A DNA stretch of 52,221 bases, the filler included, from Sphacelaria rigidula (lineage: Eukaryota): the NCBI GenBank assembly GCA_964200075.2. It is 3 parts of 3 records of this genome, joined end to end, with 100 filler letters (N's around TTAATTAATTAA, not from the genome) between each part and the next. Parts side by side here need not be neighbours in the genome. Positions count along the whole stretch, not along the records: positions 17,444 to 34,783 come from CAXNAA020001106.1; positions 34,884 to 52,221 come from CAXNAA020001107.1; 1 more part is not named here. One strand, written 5' to 3'. The stretch's first letter is position 1; the number at the start of each line of letters is the position of its first letter. Both the position numbers and the translations under genes were made by a program. The notes beneath the pieces are model-generated. The model did no database searches. It saw nothing but the letters and a program-made list of their open reading frames with translations, and was not told the DNA's origin. Shown here one piece after another: positions 27,801 through 39,352 of the stretch.

Positions 27801-29230
27801 TTGGTGTGGAGAGATTGTGGAGGAGGAAGTTAACGACGGATGCGACGCGTCCCATTGCTCAACATGTTCAGTGATGTTGAAGTCTGCCAACGAGCCCCCG
27901 CTCAAGGTGACGTTGCAAGCCTGCGCTTCGATTGGACCACAGTACCACGAAGCCTGTAGTGCAGTTCGCGTTCAAAGCGCAGGGCAAGAGAGGCAGGAGG
28001 AGCGGGCCGTGAGCTTGAATCGGGGGTTGCCAAACATCGAAGGCTTGTACTCATCATGCAGCGTGCCCCTTGGCAAAGTACAAGCATTTAGCGGACATTA
28101 CTGGCTCTGCCCTAACTTCAAATGGGCGCCATCGGAAGAGCGTGCGAACTACGCAAACTCACCACACAGGTCTGGCAGTCCGTCGATGTTCCATTGTAGT
28201 AAAAGTAGGTGCCCGACGTGCTGTCCAAAGCGGTGGCATTCACATATTCCAAGATGTTGCAACTGTCGCAAAAATCGTCCGGTGGTCTGATGGCACACGG
28301 CACGCAAATGTCCTCTATCTCCGTCCCCGAATACGTCTCACGGAAAAACGCCTAGAGGGAACGAAGACAGCACACATGGTAGTACCCAAAACACACAGAG
28401 TGGCGGGAACAGTGAGACGTATATTCCCACTCGAGAAAAAGACAGAGCAGCTGAGCTCAAAACTAAGCACCCTGGCCTGAACGGAACATACGAACACGCT
28501 CAGAATATGTCGCTTTGCGACTGTATGGTATAGTGACTCAAACAGGGTTCGTCAAACAGACTATACATCAAATCGAACAGGAGCACCTCCAGGCAGGAAG
28601 GACGTCACAGGTAGAGGAAAACGACAGCACGTATCGTGTCGTGGGTACGTTGAGGACATGATAGCCCATTGCGTAACTGCTGGGCCAACTCACTTGAATC
28701 CACTGGTGAACATCGGAAAGGGAGATCACGTCGTTGTAACCCCGATCCCCTTCCGCACCGAACTTGACCTGATGGCAAGACGAGTATGCCGCGTACGCGC
28801 GCGCATCCATGTGCGGGTACGGGAGTACCGCAGGGCGGCGGGGAAAGGCTGTGAAACGACGCATACGCGTCCTGTTCGGGATGATGCGATTGAAAGCGGG
28901 AGGTACCAGCGACTGGCTCGAGCACAGGAGAACGCCATTGGATGAAACCGTTACTTTGCGATTCGGCTCGCTACTCCACAACTACAGTAGCACGAAATTA
29001 CTGATACTCACCGAGTCCACGTGGTTTTGCAGTCCCTGTTCCACCGCTCGCTCGAACGGGATATCGACGCCGGTGAACACCATGGTGAAATACAGAGCAT
29101 AAAACAGCAGAAACATGGTCAACAGCCTGAATCCGCGAGAATTGCGATGTAAAGCTCTGATGGCACACTCCGCTTCCCTCGCTGGCAGCATGCGTAGGCG
29201 TTCGCGTGTCCGATATCCTCGGAACGCCGC
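18900..29230 (-). CDS. Polycystin-2 / TRPP-like cation channel, N-terminal part (IQ motif, S1, extracellular polycystin/TOP domain); partial model
   Basis: In-phase GT-AG exons: 29230-29012 (AAFRGYRTRERL...LLTMFLLFYALYFTMVFTG), 28768-28694 (GYNDVISLSDVHQWIQ), 28351-28163, 27920-27687; unresolved stretch; then 20400-20341 (GYIANTNRIVGGML), 19919-19763 (LTFKRRIRVPECESSMGYYDTC), 19201-19152 (DAGGYTVFID; AAG acceptor) and probably 19016-18900. Motif order matches the PKD2-family S1-TOP region. Confidence 0.75.
22908..23105 (-). mobile_element. SINE-like element 3' body with (CAA)n tail
   Basis: Aligns with 44917-45110 (CCCATCTAT.CTG.A.GCCAGTTTACACCT.TCGGTA...). Confidence 0.7.
23566..23650 (-). 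mobile_element. Short 3' end of non-LTR subfamily I ending in C13
   Basis: Reverse complement reads GATGCGTGGTCAATGGTCAAACGAATAAGGTAAGCAAGTAATGAGTACG then C13. Confidence 0.7.
24275..25930 (+). mobile_element. Internally deleted, decayed RTE-like LINE
   Basis: Endonuclease-start-like LRPGTFSL (about 24685) joined almost directly to RT C-terminal motifs TKFVHLGGTV, EIYRRIR and LWFAGYLVRQEGAHFPERIILG...GHP; ends in (CT)n/TG-rich tail; boundaries approximate. Confidence 0.75.
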
Positions 29231-32200
29231 CTGAAATTGTGCAGCGGCAGCGGTGGAAACGCAAGGGGCGGTCGATGTTCCACGGATAAGATATCGTGCA
29301 TCGTAACCGGTACTGCAGCGATGATAACAGGAAGGTCAATTTATAGATGGCGCTGGGAGCAACCCAACCTTCGCTTTGCAATAGAATCACCGCGGGCTAC
29401 TGGCTCGGATGGACTTGGCGTTGGTGCAAGATGACGGTAAATATGGATGGCATTTTGCCCTGCCCCATGGTGTGCGGACCGGCCCTCTCGGCTGTATTAT
29501 GCGAAGAAGCTACTTCAGCAGACGTATTTCCACGTATGGGCCATCATTTCCTTGCTCAATAGTGAGACCCATGCTCCTAGCGATGTTCCAAAATATCCGT
29601 ATAGACAACAGTGACCGAATGCACAAAAAACGACTTTCCACAGAACGTCAACGTGAAAAGGTTACGAATTTTCACTCATATTTCTGAATGAAATTTGGTT
29701 CCACTTATTTGTGGCCACAGTAGTAGTTTTGTCACAGCAGCTCCCAACCCGTGTGTAATCATTCTGGTGCGAGCACGGTAACCACCGAAACAGCTCAGCG
29801 TGAGAGCGAGTGCACGCGCGCTCATGCTTGTCGCTGGGAAAGAGAGCGAGAGCGAGAGACTAAGAAAACGATTGTTGTGATGTCGTGGACGTAGTCTGCG
29901 ATATACTCTGGGAATCAGCGCATACGGTGTAGCGAGCCTGTGCTTGCTGGGAAATACAAACGAGAAAACAAGTAAGGGGTTGGCGGAGGGCAACACTAGA
30001 ACAGTACGACGCCGGGGGTAGAAATGCGGGTTCCGAGCCAGTTCCTGCCTCGATAACGAAGGGTGGGACTTGGGGAGATGCCGCCTACTCGAGTGCGGTC
30101 GTTGCGAACGAATGTCACCGCAACGCAGCACGCGAGATAATGTGTATCGGCGTTATCGCGGGTAGGTACGAAAGTGTTCCCGCCGGTGGGTGGGTGAAGC
30201 GGGGCTGGGATCCCATAACATTCCTCTGCGATATCCAAATTCTACTGCTTCAACAAGTGGCAGCACCAACAGCGACTGTCAGGGAGGCACAGCGACTGTG
30301 CCATCACATTTGTTTTGTAACGTGAGTTTTTATTTCCTCTCGGCGTACGGGGGCTGCGAAGCCCTGAAAAGTTGCTTTCGTCCCGAGGCGACGAAGGGAA
30401 GCTGGGTTAGGGTGGTGGACTGTGACGTGCAAAGTTCAACCGTGTCACCGCAGGGTCCAAAAGATTGTTAGATAATTTGTTAAATGTTTTATTTGATGAT
30501 GGTGACTATCCTCGTTGACATCCAACGCAAACAAAGAAACGGTTGCGTTTAACCATACATAACTCCGTCACCAATTGGCGAAAATATAAGTCTGGTTTAG
30601 TTTGTGCTGTGCACACAAGCCGGATACTTCAATTCAGCCATCAATTGCGTTAAGGGTCTATAGTTTGTGTCGAGAAACCGCGGGATATTTTCAGTTGAGT
30701 TGACGCGCCGGATTTTTTCTAGATTCCTCTGTGCTTCATAACTCCAGTTCCTCGAAAGTTTCTCAACCGCACGAAAAAACCGCCTCGAGCCATGACGTGC
30801 GTGCAGTCGCTGCGGCCGATTCAAGCACCTCGGCGTTCCGAGAGGTGCTACCGGTATCGAGAAATTACATCTCATGTACGAGCAAAAAACTGGTGTTCCT
30901 CAGGTTGAAAATCATTTCGAGACATATGATTTGCCAAGGACCACACCCAAGAACAGCACACGGTAGTCACGTTTCCGGCAGCTGGCTGGAGGCGTGCGGA
31001 GAAGATCGATAAAAAACACGGTAAAGCTCTGAATCGCACGCACACTGTATTGTGGCGTGTTCGTTTCATAGAAAAGCTCCGCCACTTCAATCGCCGTACT
31101 GCGCGTGACCGTCCTGCGCATATCACTTGGCGACAGCATGGCTCTTTTCTAGTAAAGGGCGCGGGGCAAACGGTCTACCCTATGCTAATGGAATTGGCCG
31201 CAGCATATTGAGATCTGCTGTGAATAACCTGAAGCTCGGCATGGTGGCCATTCATGACAAGGGAAAGACTCCGATAACAATATTCTGGTACTGACCATTC
31301 CCAGGCGACGTCACGTTGACTACGTCAGGGTTGACTGTTGGATAGGATCTAGAAAAATATCTTTATCGGAATGGGGCGTATTCAGCTGACTTTCACGCAT
31401 CAGCTGGGCCATGCTCCACTGAATGTTGAGATCAACGCACATTGGCCGATGGCATTGATCAGTAGCTGCGCGGATATACCACCATATGGCTGCGCATCCT
31501 ATAGGCATCATTGAATACTCACTAAACACATGCTATACTCATTGTCCACGATTGCTACATGTTACTGTCATTGTTTGGCTGTAGTGTGACTCGCGCGGGG
31601 TTATTGTGCCCTTGCCATTCTCAGCACTAAAGTCCAAAGCACAAGTCTCGAAAATAAGCAGCATAATGGCCTGCAAGATAGAGCTCCGTTTGAAGGCTGA
31701 TTGAGGTGAGAATCCGCCTGCAACCTACTATTCCGCTTCTATGCTGGCCCAGTACGAAGCCCTCATCCTTTGAGGTGGGTTTCCAGGGAATTCTGTGCTG
31801 TGTACTGTAGGAACCCTGGGACCGCGAGGGTAGTCCATCTGGATCATGCATACTGTATTCAAGTGAAATGAACGCCAATTCAACAGGTGGCCTACCCTCC
31901 TGTTTGAGGGTTAGTATCCAGCGTGCAATGCCGCCATTGTATGGGATTTAGAATTAAGTACGTCGAAGTGGAGCAATTACGATGACTATACCCAAATAAC
32001 GTAGTGTAGTTATTTGACCCATACTGAAGTCGAGTGAACTCGAGACACTCAATCAAAGGGAACATTGCACCCACGGAAGCACTACTCTAGAGCCGCGTTC
32101 ACCACTCGGTCGATTCGAATACACTTTTTTTGGAAACCTCTTGTGTTATGCTCGTTATGATGATTCGTTATGTTATAACTTTATATCGAAAGTTTATGAT

Positions 32201-32383
32201 GTTGATCATCACGCTTTGGGAGCCGTTTCAGTGTGCCTCCTGACAGTCCCGGGCTAATTGCCTCGCTTTTCATGGTCGTACTACACAAAGCTGGCCCACA
32301 AGGATGCGCGCACACTCAGTCGCACACAACACACGGGCGCAGAGATACACGCCCAAAGACACTACGCGGCCCCCCTGCTGCAG

Positions 32384-32525
32384 CTGGTGAAGATTGCGGC
32401 CGTGTACGATTACCCGCCGGACCCAGTTCAGCATTTACCGGCCGGCGGGGCGTCGTTCGCTGATCGCGTCACCTGCTTCGAGAACATGTGCACACGATGC
32501 TACAAGCCTGACGAGGTGCTGACGG
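32384..32525 (+). CDS. Isolated internal exon of an unidentified gene
   Basis: CCCCCTGCTGCAG acceptor, GTGAGT donor, GC-rich codons, LVKIAAVYDYPPDPVQHLPAGGASFADRVTCFENMCTRCYKPDEVLT; no partner exons identified. Confidence 0.45.
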
Positions 32526-33084
32526 GTGAGTTGGCCCCAGCGCTTACACAGGCACAGCATCCGCAGAGAACGCCATCAAGCGATGGTGCTTCTGTTGCCA
32601 TCTGTGGGTGTTTTTTCGCGAACAAGGTATTGTGTGTCGCGCAGTAGAGAATGCTCCTGGTGTGCATCTCACAAAATATGGGTAAATTAAGCAGGCATAC
32701 ACGGGGTGCATTTCGGCGTACACCAAGCAAGATACACCATTCGATTTGTTTTGTTCGCCAGCATAATCCTGACACCGTCGTCAAAAAAGGAACACGAAAA
32801 CAACTAGTCGGTTCGGTATAAACTCGGACTATTTTGAGGTTCGACCCTTCGTTATCGCCCAGCGTCTCCGGTGGTTCGGTGGTTCGGCCTTGTTCACGAC
32901 CATCTCCGTTTGAGGAGGCTTCATCCTACAGTCCGACCTGCTGCTCGTTTCTTGTCTGGGATGCCTCGGTGTTTAGGCCTTCGGAGCGCTCGTCCGCGCT
33001 TGGAGTCGCATGAGTTACAGGCGCCGCCGGGGGCACCCGTGGTTCCAGCGGTTCACCGGCCTCTCGGCTCTGAGGCTTGTTGCC

Positions 33085-34078
33085 CTTCAGTTGGATTTCC
33101 TCTTCCATGACCACTTTCCATTTGTCAGCATCAGGTTCTGCCAGGGCTTCTTTCGCTGTCGACGGTTCCTGTGGTCCAGTCACGATTCCGCCCGCGAGCA
33201 TGCAGAATGCGCCTTTGTCCTCTTCTTGTAGAAGGGTGTCAAGAAAATTTCCGTCATCAGAACTGCTGTCGCCAACACTCCCAAAGCATTACTGTATGTT
33301 GTCCCCCCGACGCCGTTGCGCCAGTCGACTGGACCTGCGTAGTCCACTGTCCGGAGGAGAGCGCTTCGATGATGTCGAGTCCCGTGGTGGCTGTCCACCC
33401 GGGCCGTCATTGCCGTCGATTGGTGCTGCTTCCTCTTCCCATGGTTCGTCCTCGTCATCACTGAGTTCGACCGCCTCCAGCTCCCCCAAGATGTCTACGA
33501 TCTTGGCCTCTGATTTAAACGTGATGTGTGAAGACTTGACGAGCTTTGATTCCTGTATCAGCCATACATACCAGCAGAGAGAGTGCCGATTGTGCCCCAC
33601 CAAGATGCCCCGCTTCGCATATGGGTGGAACTTCGCAGCGGCGCCGCGTTGCTGCTTGTGCTGATGCACGAAACACTCGGATCCCCAAGTACGAAGCCGG
33701 TCGTAGTTGAAAGACTTTCCTGTCAGCCTCTCACATGGGGTCTCGCCCCCGAGGTACTCGTGGGGCATCCCCATGGTCTCTAATGCCGCGTCCGCCACAG
33801 CGAAGAACCAGTAGTCCTCTCCGCGTCCCGCTTCCACCTGTTGGCTACGTACTATCCTGATCAGTTGTTGAATTGCACGCTCACCAATTCCATTACTCTG
33901 CGGTGTCCTTGGCGGGGAGGAGCGCCACTTGATGCCGCGATTGGTCAGCATGCGTTGAAATTTGACTGACTGTCCAAGATCCCCAGCGCCATCTCTGCTG
34001 ATGCTTATAATGGCTACTCTCACGGGCCATTTCGTCGATGTAGGCTCCCGTGGTGTCAGTGTCCGCATCTCGTGTCTT
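33085..34078 (-). mobile_element. Ty1/Copia pol fragment: integrase core, SH3-like region, linker and first residues of RT
   Basis: ISRDGAGDLG...SPPRTPQSNGIGERAI...ETPCERLTGK...LRTWGSECFVH...KFHPYAKRGILVGH (ORF 33289-34089); EPSTAKEALAEPDADKWKVVMEEEI (ORF 32926-33201); truncated both sides. Confidence 0.9.
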
Positions 34079-34462
34079 GAGCTTTTCATTAAGGATGAGA
34101 ACCCGGAGGATCAAAATCTTCGTATCCACACCAAATCTTTGGAATATGGTTCCATTCTCACCTACTGGTCGCTATTGACCAGTGCTACACGCCCCAAAAA
34201 TTTGGACTTCGATAACCGAAATTTTGGGGTCCTGGGTAAGAAATCGATTCAGAGGAATTACGGCGATCCGATCGGATCACCTAGGTTCCACATTATGTTT
34301 CATCAAGGACCCCAACATCTTGGTTATCGAAATCCAAATTTGTATGGCGTGTAGTAGTTGTCAATAGCTAGCAATAGGCGAAGGAATGGAACCATATTCC
34401 GAAGATTTGGTGTGGTTCCGACGATTTTAATCCTCCGGGTTTTCATCCTTAATGAAAAGCTC
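34079..34462. mobile_element. 384-bp foldback (palindromic) element
   Basis: GAGCTTTTCATTAAGGATGA...TCATCCTTAATGAAAAGCTC; arms pair imperfectly to a central GATCCGATCGGATC at 34265-34278. Confidence 0.85.
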
Positions 34463-34783
34463 CATCCTCAATTTACATGATCGATTGTGAAGGGACGCAC
34501 GGAGTGCTGCAGCAGCCATGCTGTTACTACCGTACTGGACATACGACATACACAGCTCCTTTTGCACTGACTGTACTAAGGTTGTATGTGAGCAGTGTGC
34601 GATGGAGCTCTGACTGCACCATTGCAGGTACCGTGTGCGAGGAGTGTGTGGTGGAACGTCGCTTTCCAGACAGAGTTTCTGGGAGCTGACGGCTTTTCTC
34701 AAAGAAAGTTTCAGGAAAGATGGAAAAGGGGATAGCTACACTCCGGGCACAGAACAGTAAAATGGTCAGTAGTTCGAAGGGAA

Positions 34784-34883
34784 NNNNNNNNNNNNNNNNN
34801 NNNNNNNNNNNNNNNNNNNNNNNNNNNTTAATTAATTAANNNNNNNNNNNNNNNNNNNNNNNNNNNNNNNNNNNNNNNNNNNN
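34784..34883. other. Assembly gap / artificial spacer (N44-TTAATTAATTAA-N44)
   Basis: Same construct as 17344-17443. Confidence 0.97.
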
Positions 34884-34957
34884 ACTTAAAGCGAATGATC
34901 AAAGCCACTCTCAATCGTATCATCTACTCTCAATCTCACGAAAACACTGTTACATGT

Positions 34958-35149
34958 GCTGATGCGTGAGAGGACCGCGCCGCGGTTCTAAATACCGCAG
35001 GATCGACGTTCATGACCAGTCGGGCCAGTCCCTGAAAGTACCACCCCCCCAACCATGACCTCACCTCTAACCGTAGCCCTAACCCTAGCCATGGGTATGT
35101 TCAGATTGCGGTACTGTCCTCTGAGCACCCGGTCCTCTAACGCGTTACA
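34958..35149 (+). mobile_element. Telomeric-repeat-bearing MITE, copy 3 (old, diverged)
   Basis: GATGCGTGAGAGGACCGC...GGTCCTCTAACGCGTTACA with degenerate CCCTAA units; no TSD recognisable. Confidence 0.8.
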
Positions 35150-36891
35150 CTAGCGTCGGACGAGCACGACCTTGACTCGTGGTACTCGCGAACTCGTGGG
35201 CTGCTTGTCGGGAGTTCGTGAAGATCTTCGAACACGCAGTTCGTTGCGGGCTATGAAAACCTCCACAGAGCGAGTACCCTCGTCATCGCTTGCTGTGAAA
35301 AACTTCGTGGAGTGGGAACACGCGTCGTTGGTCCTTGTGAAAGTATGAAGTATGGGCGAGCCCTCGACTCGTTGCTCGTGGCGAACGCCTGAAATCGACA
35401 AAGCTCCCGCGAAGTAGCTTGACAGTGTTTCGCACCACCGCCTTCTCCCTGCATTCGTTGGTGCAGCTCCGCTTGTATGATTGAATACAGTCTAGGGACG
35501 GGGGGGTGGCTGTGCCGCACGAGCGCGGCTGACGCAACATGGGTAACATGTGTAGAACGGAGGCTAGCGAGCTCTCTCGTTGGCCGGTTGCTGGGGATTG
35601 ATGGACAATCAACCGACCACGCGTTGGGAGAATGTTATAGCGTGTGCACTCCAGTATTTGCTCGCTGTGGAAAATATGAACGGCTTCCTGTTCTTGCACC
35701 TCATCAAAACGTGATGGGAGCCAACACTTGACTCGTTTCTTCCAGAATAATCAATCGGACGCGTGTCCAAGTCGTTGTTCGCTGTGGAACATCAAGAGGG
35801 CGCAAGCTCGAGCCCCACCCAAGTTTCAAAAAGATGGATCCCGTTTCGACGAGGCATGACGAAACCCATGCGTGCGGGCTGTGCGTTCGGCCAAGTATAA
35901 CACGGGTCGTGTGCAACTTTTCAGCCAGTTCGAACGTTGGCGTGAACACAAATGTATGGCGCCATGAATCGTGTGTCCACGTCGTTCAACAGACATGCTC
36001 CAGCTCATTTCCCCTCGAGGTAAACAAGACGAGTATGGCACACCCACGTCGAACCGTCACTGTTTTCATGTCGACTGGCTCCCAGCGGCAACATTGAGCC
36101 ACGAGACGAAGAGGGTACGGAGGCTTGTGAACTGCAATCGATTAGTTTTCAACGTACAAGTTGTTCAATGACGACAACGGCCATGATCGTAGTCGGGTCT
36201 CAATTATCATACGGGACGCCCATAGGCGACAGTTTTGTCCGAAGAGGGGGGAGGGGGGACCATTGTATGTTGTGCTACAGTACCGCCAATGATCATTCAA
36301 CGATAATCCCCACGTCCTGAGCCATACGACGCATCATCTGGCACACCTGGGGGCTACTGCGGCGGGGTTTGGAGGGAATGAGTGCCCCATTGAACACATT
36401 CCGCCAGTTACTCACAAGTTGCTCCGTGACGGCAACCACAGATCATACCCTACACAAGCTACCATCTACATTATTGATCAACACACTTCAGTATCTTACG
36501 CTGTACAACAAGCCACCGTCTACATTTGTGACCAACATCCGTCCAGTCTACGCATCCTCACCTCCTTTCACACGTATGCCCATTCGGAAAAGACTACTGA
36601 AACGCGGGCTCACACCATCACTACACGTATCCCGACCAAATCGCTGCGGTTTTCTGGGGCCAACATGCAGCACCGCATTTTCATCTCATCACGTGTACAG
36701 TCACCTAGGCCCACCGGTCGAAACAAATTCCCATCGCCCATCAGCACCAGGACTCAAGGAAAAACACAGCGGAGGCTCCCGAAAATCAAACCGTGGGCGC
36801 TTGCCCATCAGGTCGACCTTCGCGAGGAAACCTACTACGGTACTACCGCTCGAAGAGCAGTGGGCGGTTCTTCGGGACTGGTTACGGCCCG

Positions 36892-39352
36892 TTAAGCTCC
36901 AGTCCCGGGCGCGTTACCGCTATTCCCGGGTGCGTTACCGCTATTCCCGGGTGCGTTACCGCTATTCCCGGGAGTCGCTGGCTCAGGCATTGGCGTCGGA
37001 CTCGGCACCGGGGTTGGTATCGCGGTCGGCACCGGGGTCGGCACCGACGTCGGCGCCGGCGTAGGGTCCGCGTTGAAAACGAGCACTTGAACAGCACAAA
37101 TGCTCGGATTACTGCAGATGACGGGGAAACTCTCCGGCGGGTTCCACTCGGGAGCGAAAGTGCCAAACCTGACCGGGGTGCGACCGGCGACAACGCCATT
37201 GACGACCGCGACCACGAAGGGGTTCGTTTCGGCGACCCGCAAAGCCCGGCGGAAGATCGTCACGCTCTCGATCTGCACCCTCACCTGCGATCCGTAGACA
37301 ACAGCAGCGTTCGGGTCGATGGCAAATTGTCAGCGGTCGGGAAGCAGTCCGAGTAAGTATCATCTCTCCTCACTACCTTGTCGGGAACTCGGCTAGTGCA
37401 AAATTATGTTTACCCCATCACGGGGCATGAGGGCAAGGCAGTTCGACGGCAAAGCCCATCCCAAATCGCTGACCGCGATGCGCGGGAGCAGGCACAGCCC
37501 GGCCCGTATCCTTCTCTTCGGGAACGGGGGCATACTGAGTCTCACCACCAAGGTTTCTATAAAACAACGTCGGCACCGCGGCACACCATGCGACGCATGA
37601 TATCCACTACGGTTCTCACATTGATCCCTCCCCCCAGCTGAAGACCGCGGGACGCCTCACTCTCCGCCGAGATGGCGGCTCCCTCTCCTTCGGTCGTTTC
37701 CGTCAGCCTCCGATTTACCAACACAATGAAGATGATCTGTCCGACAACCGTTCCATTCACGTCCACAAGGACCACAACAATTCTCCGGCCGAGTACCAGA
37801 TCTATGATCTCGATAATTCCACCGCCAATCGCGAGGCCGGGAATTCCTGCCGTTCGTATGGACATGCGCAAGGACAGCACGGTCGACGCAAACCGAGCGA
37901 GAGATTTTTCGTTATCGAGGCACATGTGTAAAACGCGCACGCGGTACACCACGACTTGGCAGTACCTCAGCAAATTCGACCCTGACCGAACGGACACCGA
38001 AGCAGCTTGCGGAAGGAGTCAACCAGGCCGAGGTGCCGATCAAGGGTGTGGCGTTGCACAACAGTCTCCGGCACCCCTGGAATTTCACGTTGCGCGTCAA
38101 AACACATGAATCATGAGACAGGCACTTGTTCGACCTTCATCTCACCCGGAATCGGAAAGATGATGGCCAGCACCGGGGCTGGGGTCGGCTGCGGTGTCGC
38201 AGTCGGCGCCGGCGTGGCTGTCGGCGCCACCGTGGCGGTTGGTGCCGGTGTGGTGGTCGGGGCCGCTGTCGGTGCCGGAGTAAACTTCCTCCTTCCTGCA
38301 AGCGAAATGAACGGAGTACCAACACACGAAGCGGAACCACCATGGCGCGAGGGCGACGTGGGTGCAACGAACGCGGCTCAGGGCACGACCCCCAGGAGTT
38401 TTGGTGTGTGATTCCACTGCGACAGACATGGTACACGTTGGTCGACCTACCGCCCTTGTTCCGCATCTTCGACACATGTTTAGCACTAGTCTCTACTCGC
38501 GCCGTTCACGAATATCGAGTTGCACTGCTGTCTTCAGCGCTGACCACGGCATGGCACACCAAAGGTGGCCCAGTGCGCGGTGCACGCACCACGGAACCTC
38601 CGTCCTCTGCGACGTCTTCTGCCCCCCCTTCTCCGTCTCCTCCTGCCCCTACCCCTGCCCCTGCCCCTCCTGCGGCGTTTCCTCCTGAGGCTCCTGCCGT
38701 ACTCTTCACCTGGACGTGCGGTGCAACACGACGGCGGAGCGGGGCGACTTCGGATGGGGATACGATACAGGCGGACCCTGTCAGAGGCAGCACCCACGTC
38801 GAGCGGGTTGTGACCACGCCAGGTGCATGACTGCACCACCGATACCCGTCCACGACACGGCAACGACTAGATTTTTCCATCGAAACTCCTCACCCTCCCG
38901 AGGGCTCACCTTGCCCTGATGCTCGTGTGACCGAGCCTCCGGCAACAGACAGAGCCAAGTCTGTCGGTCTCTCCTCTTCCCGCAGTGCCACCGCCTCAGC
39001 TGTTGGCCCTGACACATACGTTCACGGACATGGAGTTCGGGCGCTGAAACTCCCTCGGCCATGCACGCGCCAGGAACACACGACACACCCGGAGAGCACC
39101 CCGAACGCGTCAGCGAAGTCAACGCTGTACAAGTTAACACCAAGCCAGCTCCGGGATCAACGCCCAAGGTCTACCGTAGACATGCGACACTCATGTGTAC
39201 CATTTCCGATCCGCTTACACGAGCAGTACACGAAAGCCGTAATGTTCGCGACAAAAGGTGTGCGACTCACCTGCTGCAGCCGAACGCGCGAAGAGAGCCA
39301 AGCAGAAGATGATCCCAATCACGCATCCGTACAGCCTCTTCGTCGACAACAT
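36892..39352 (-). CDS. Secreted 356-aa protein: signal peptide, RxL motifs, poly-Arg tract, Pro/Thr stalks, permuted C2-like domain, GNSGNAP repeats
   Basis: Six GT-AG exons 39352-39271, 39008-38910, 38709-38590, 38295-38146, 37846-37620, 37284-36892 sum to 1071 nt in one open frame from ATG to TAA. N-terminus MLSTKRLYGCVIGIIFCLALFARSAAA; C2 motifs NPFVV, GRTPV, APEWN, ESF, VQVLVFNAD. Confidence 0.85.
36904..36972. repeat. 3 x 21-bp coding tandem repeat (PGNSGNA on the minus strand)
   Basis: CCCGGG(C/T)GCGTTACCGCTATT repeated three times in the last exon. Confidence 0.9.

Noticed and set aside
37966-38076. Possible extra exon in intron 4 of the secreted-protein gene
   Set aside because: The required phase-1 frame hits a stop, and the flanking exons join in frame without it
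38126-38830. Long plus-strand ORFs such as 38126-38830 and 36369-37064
   Set aside because: Antisense shadows of GC-rich, low-complexity minus-strand exons
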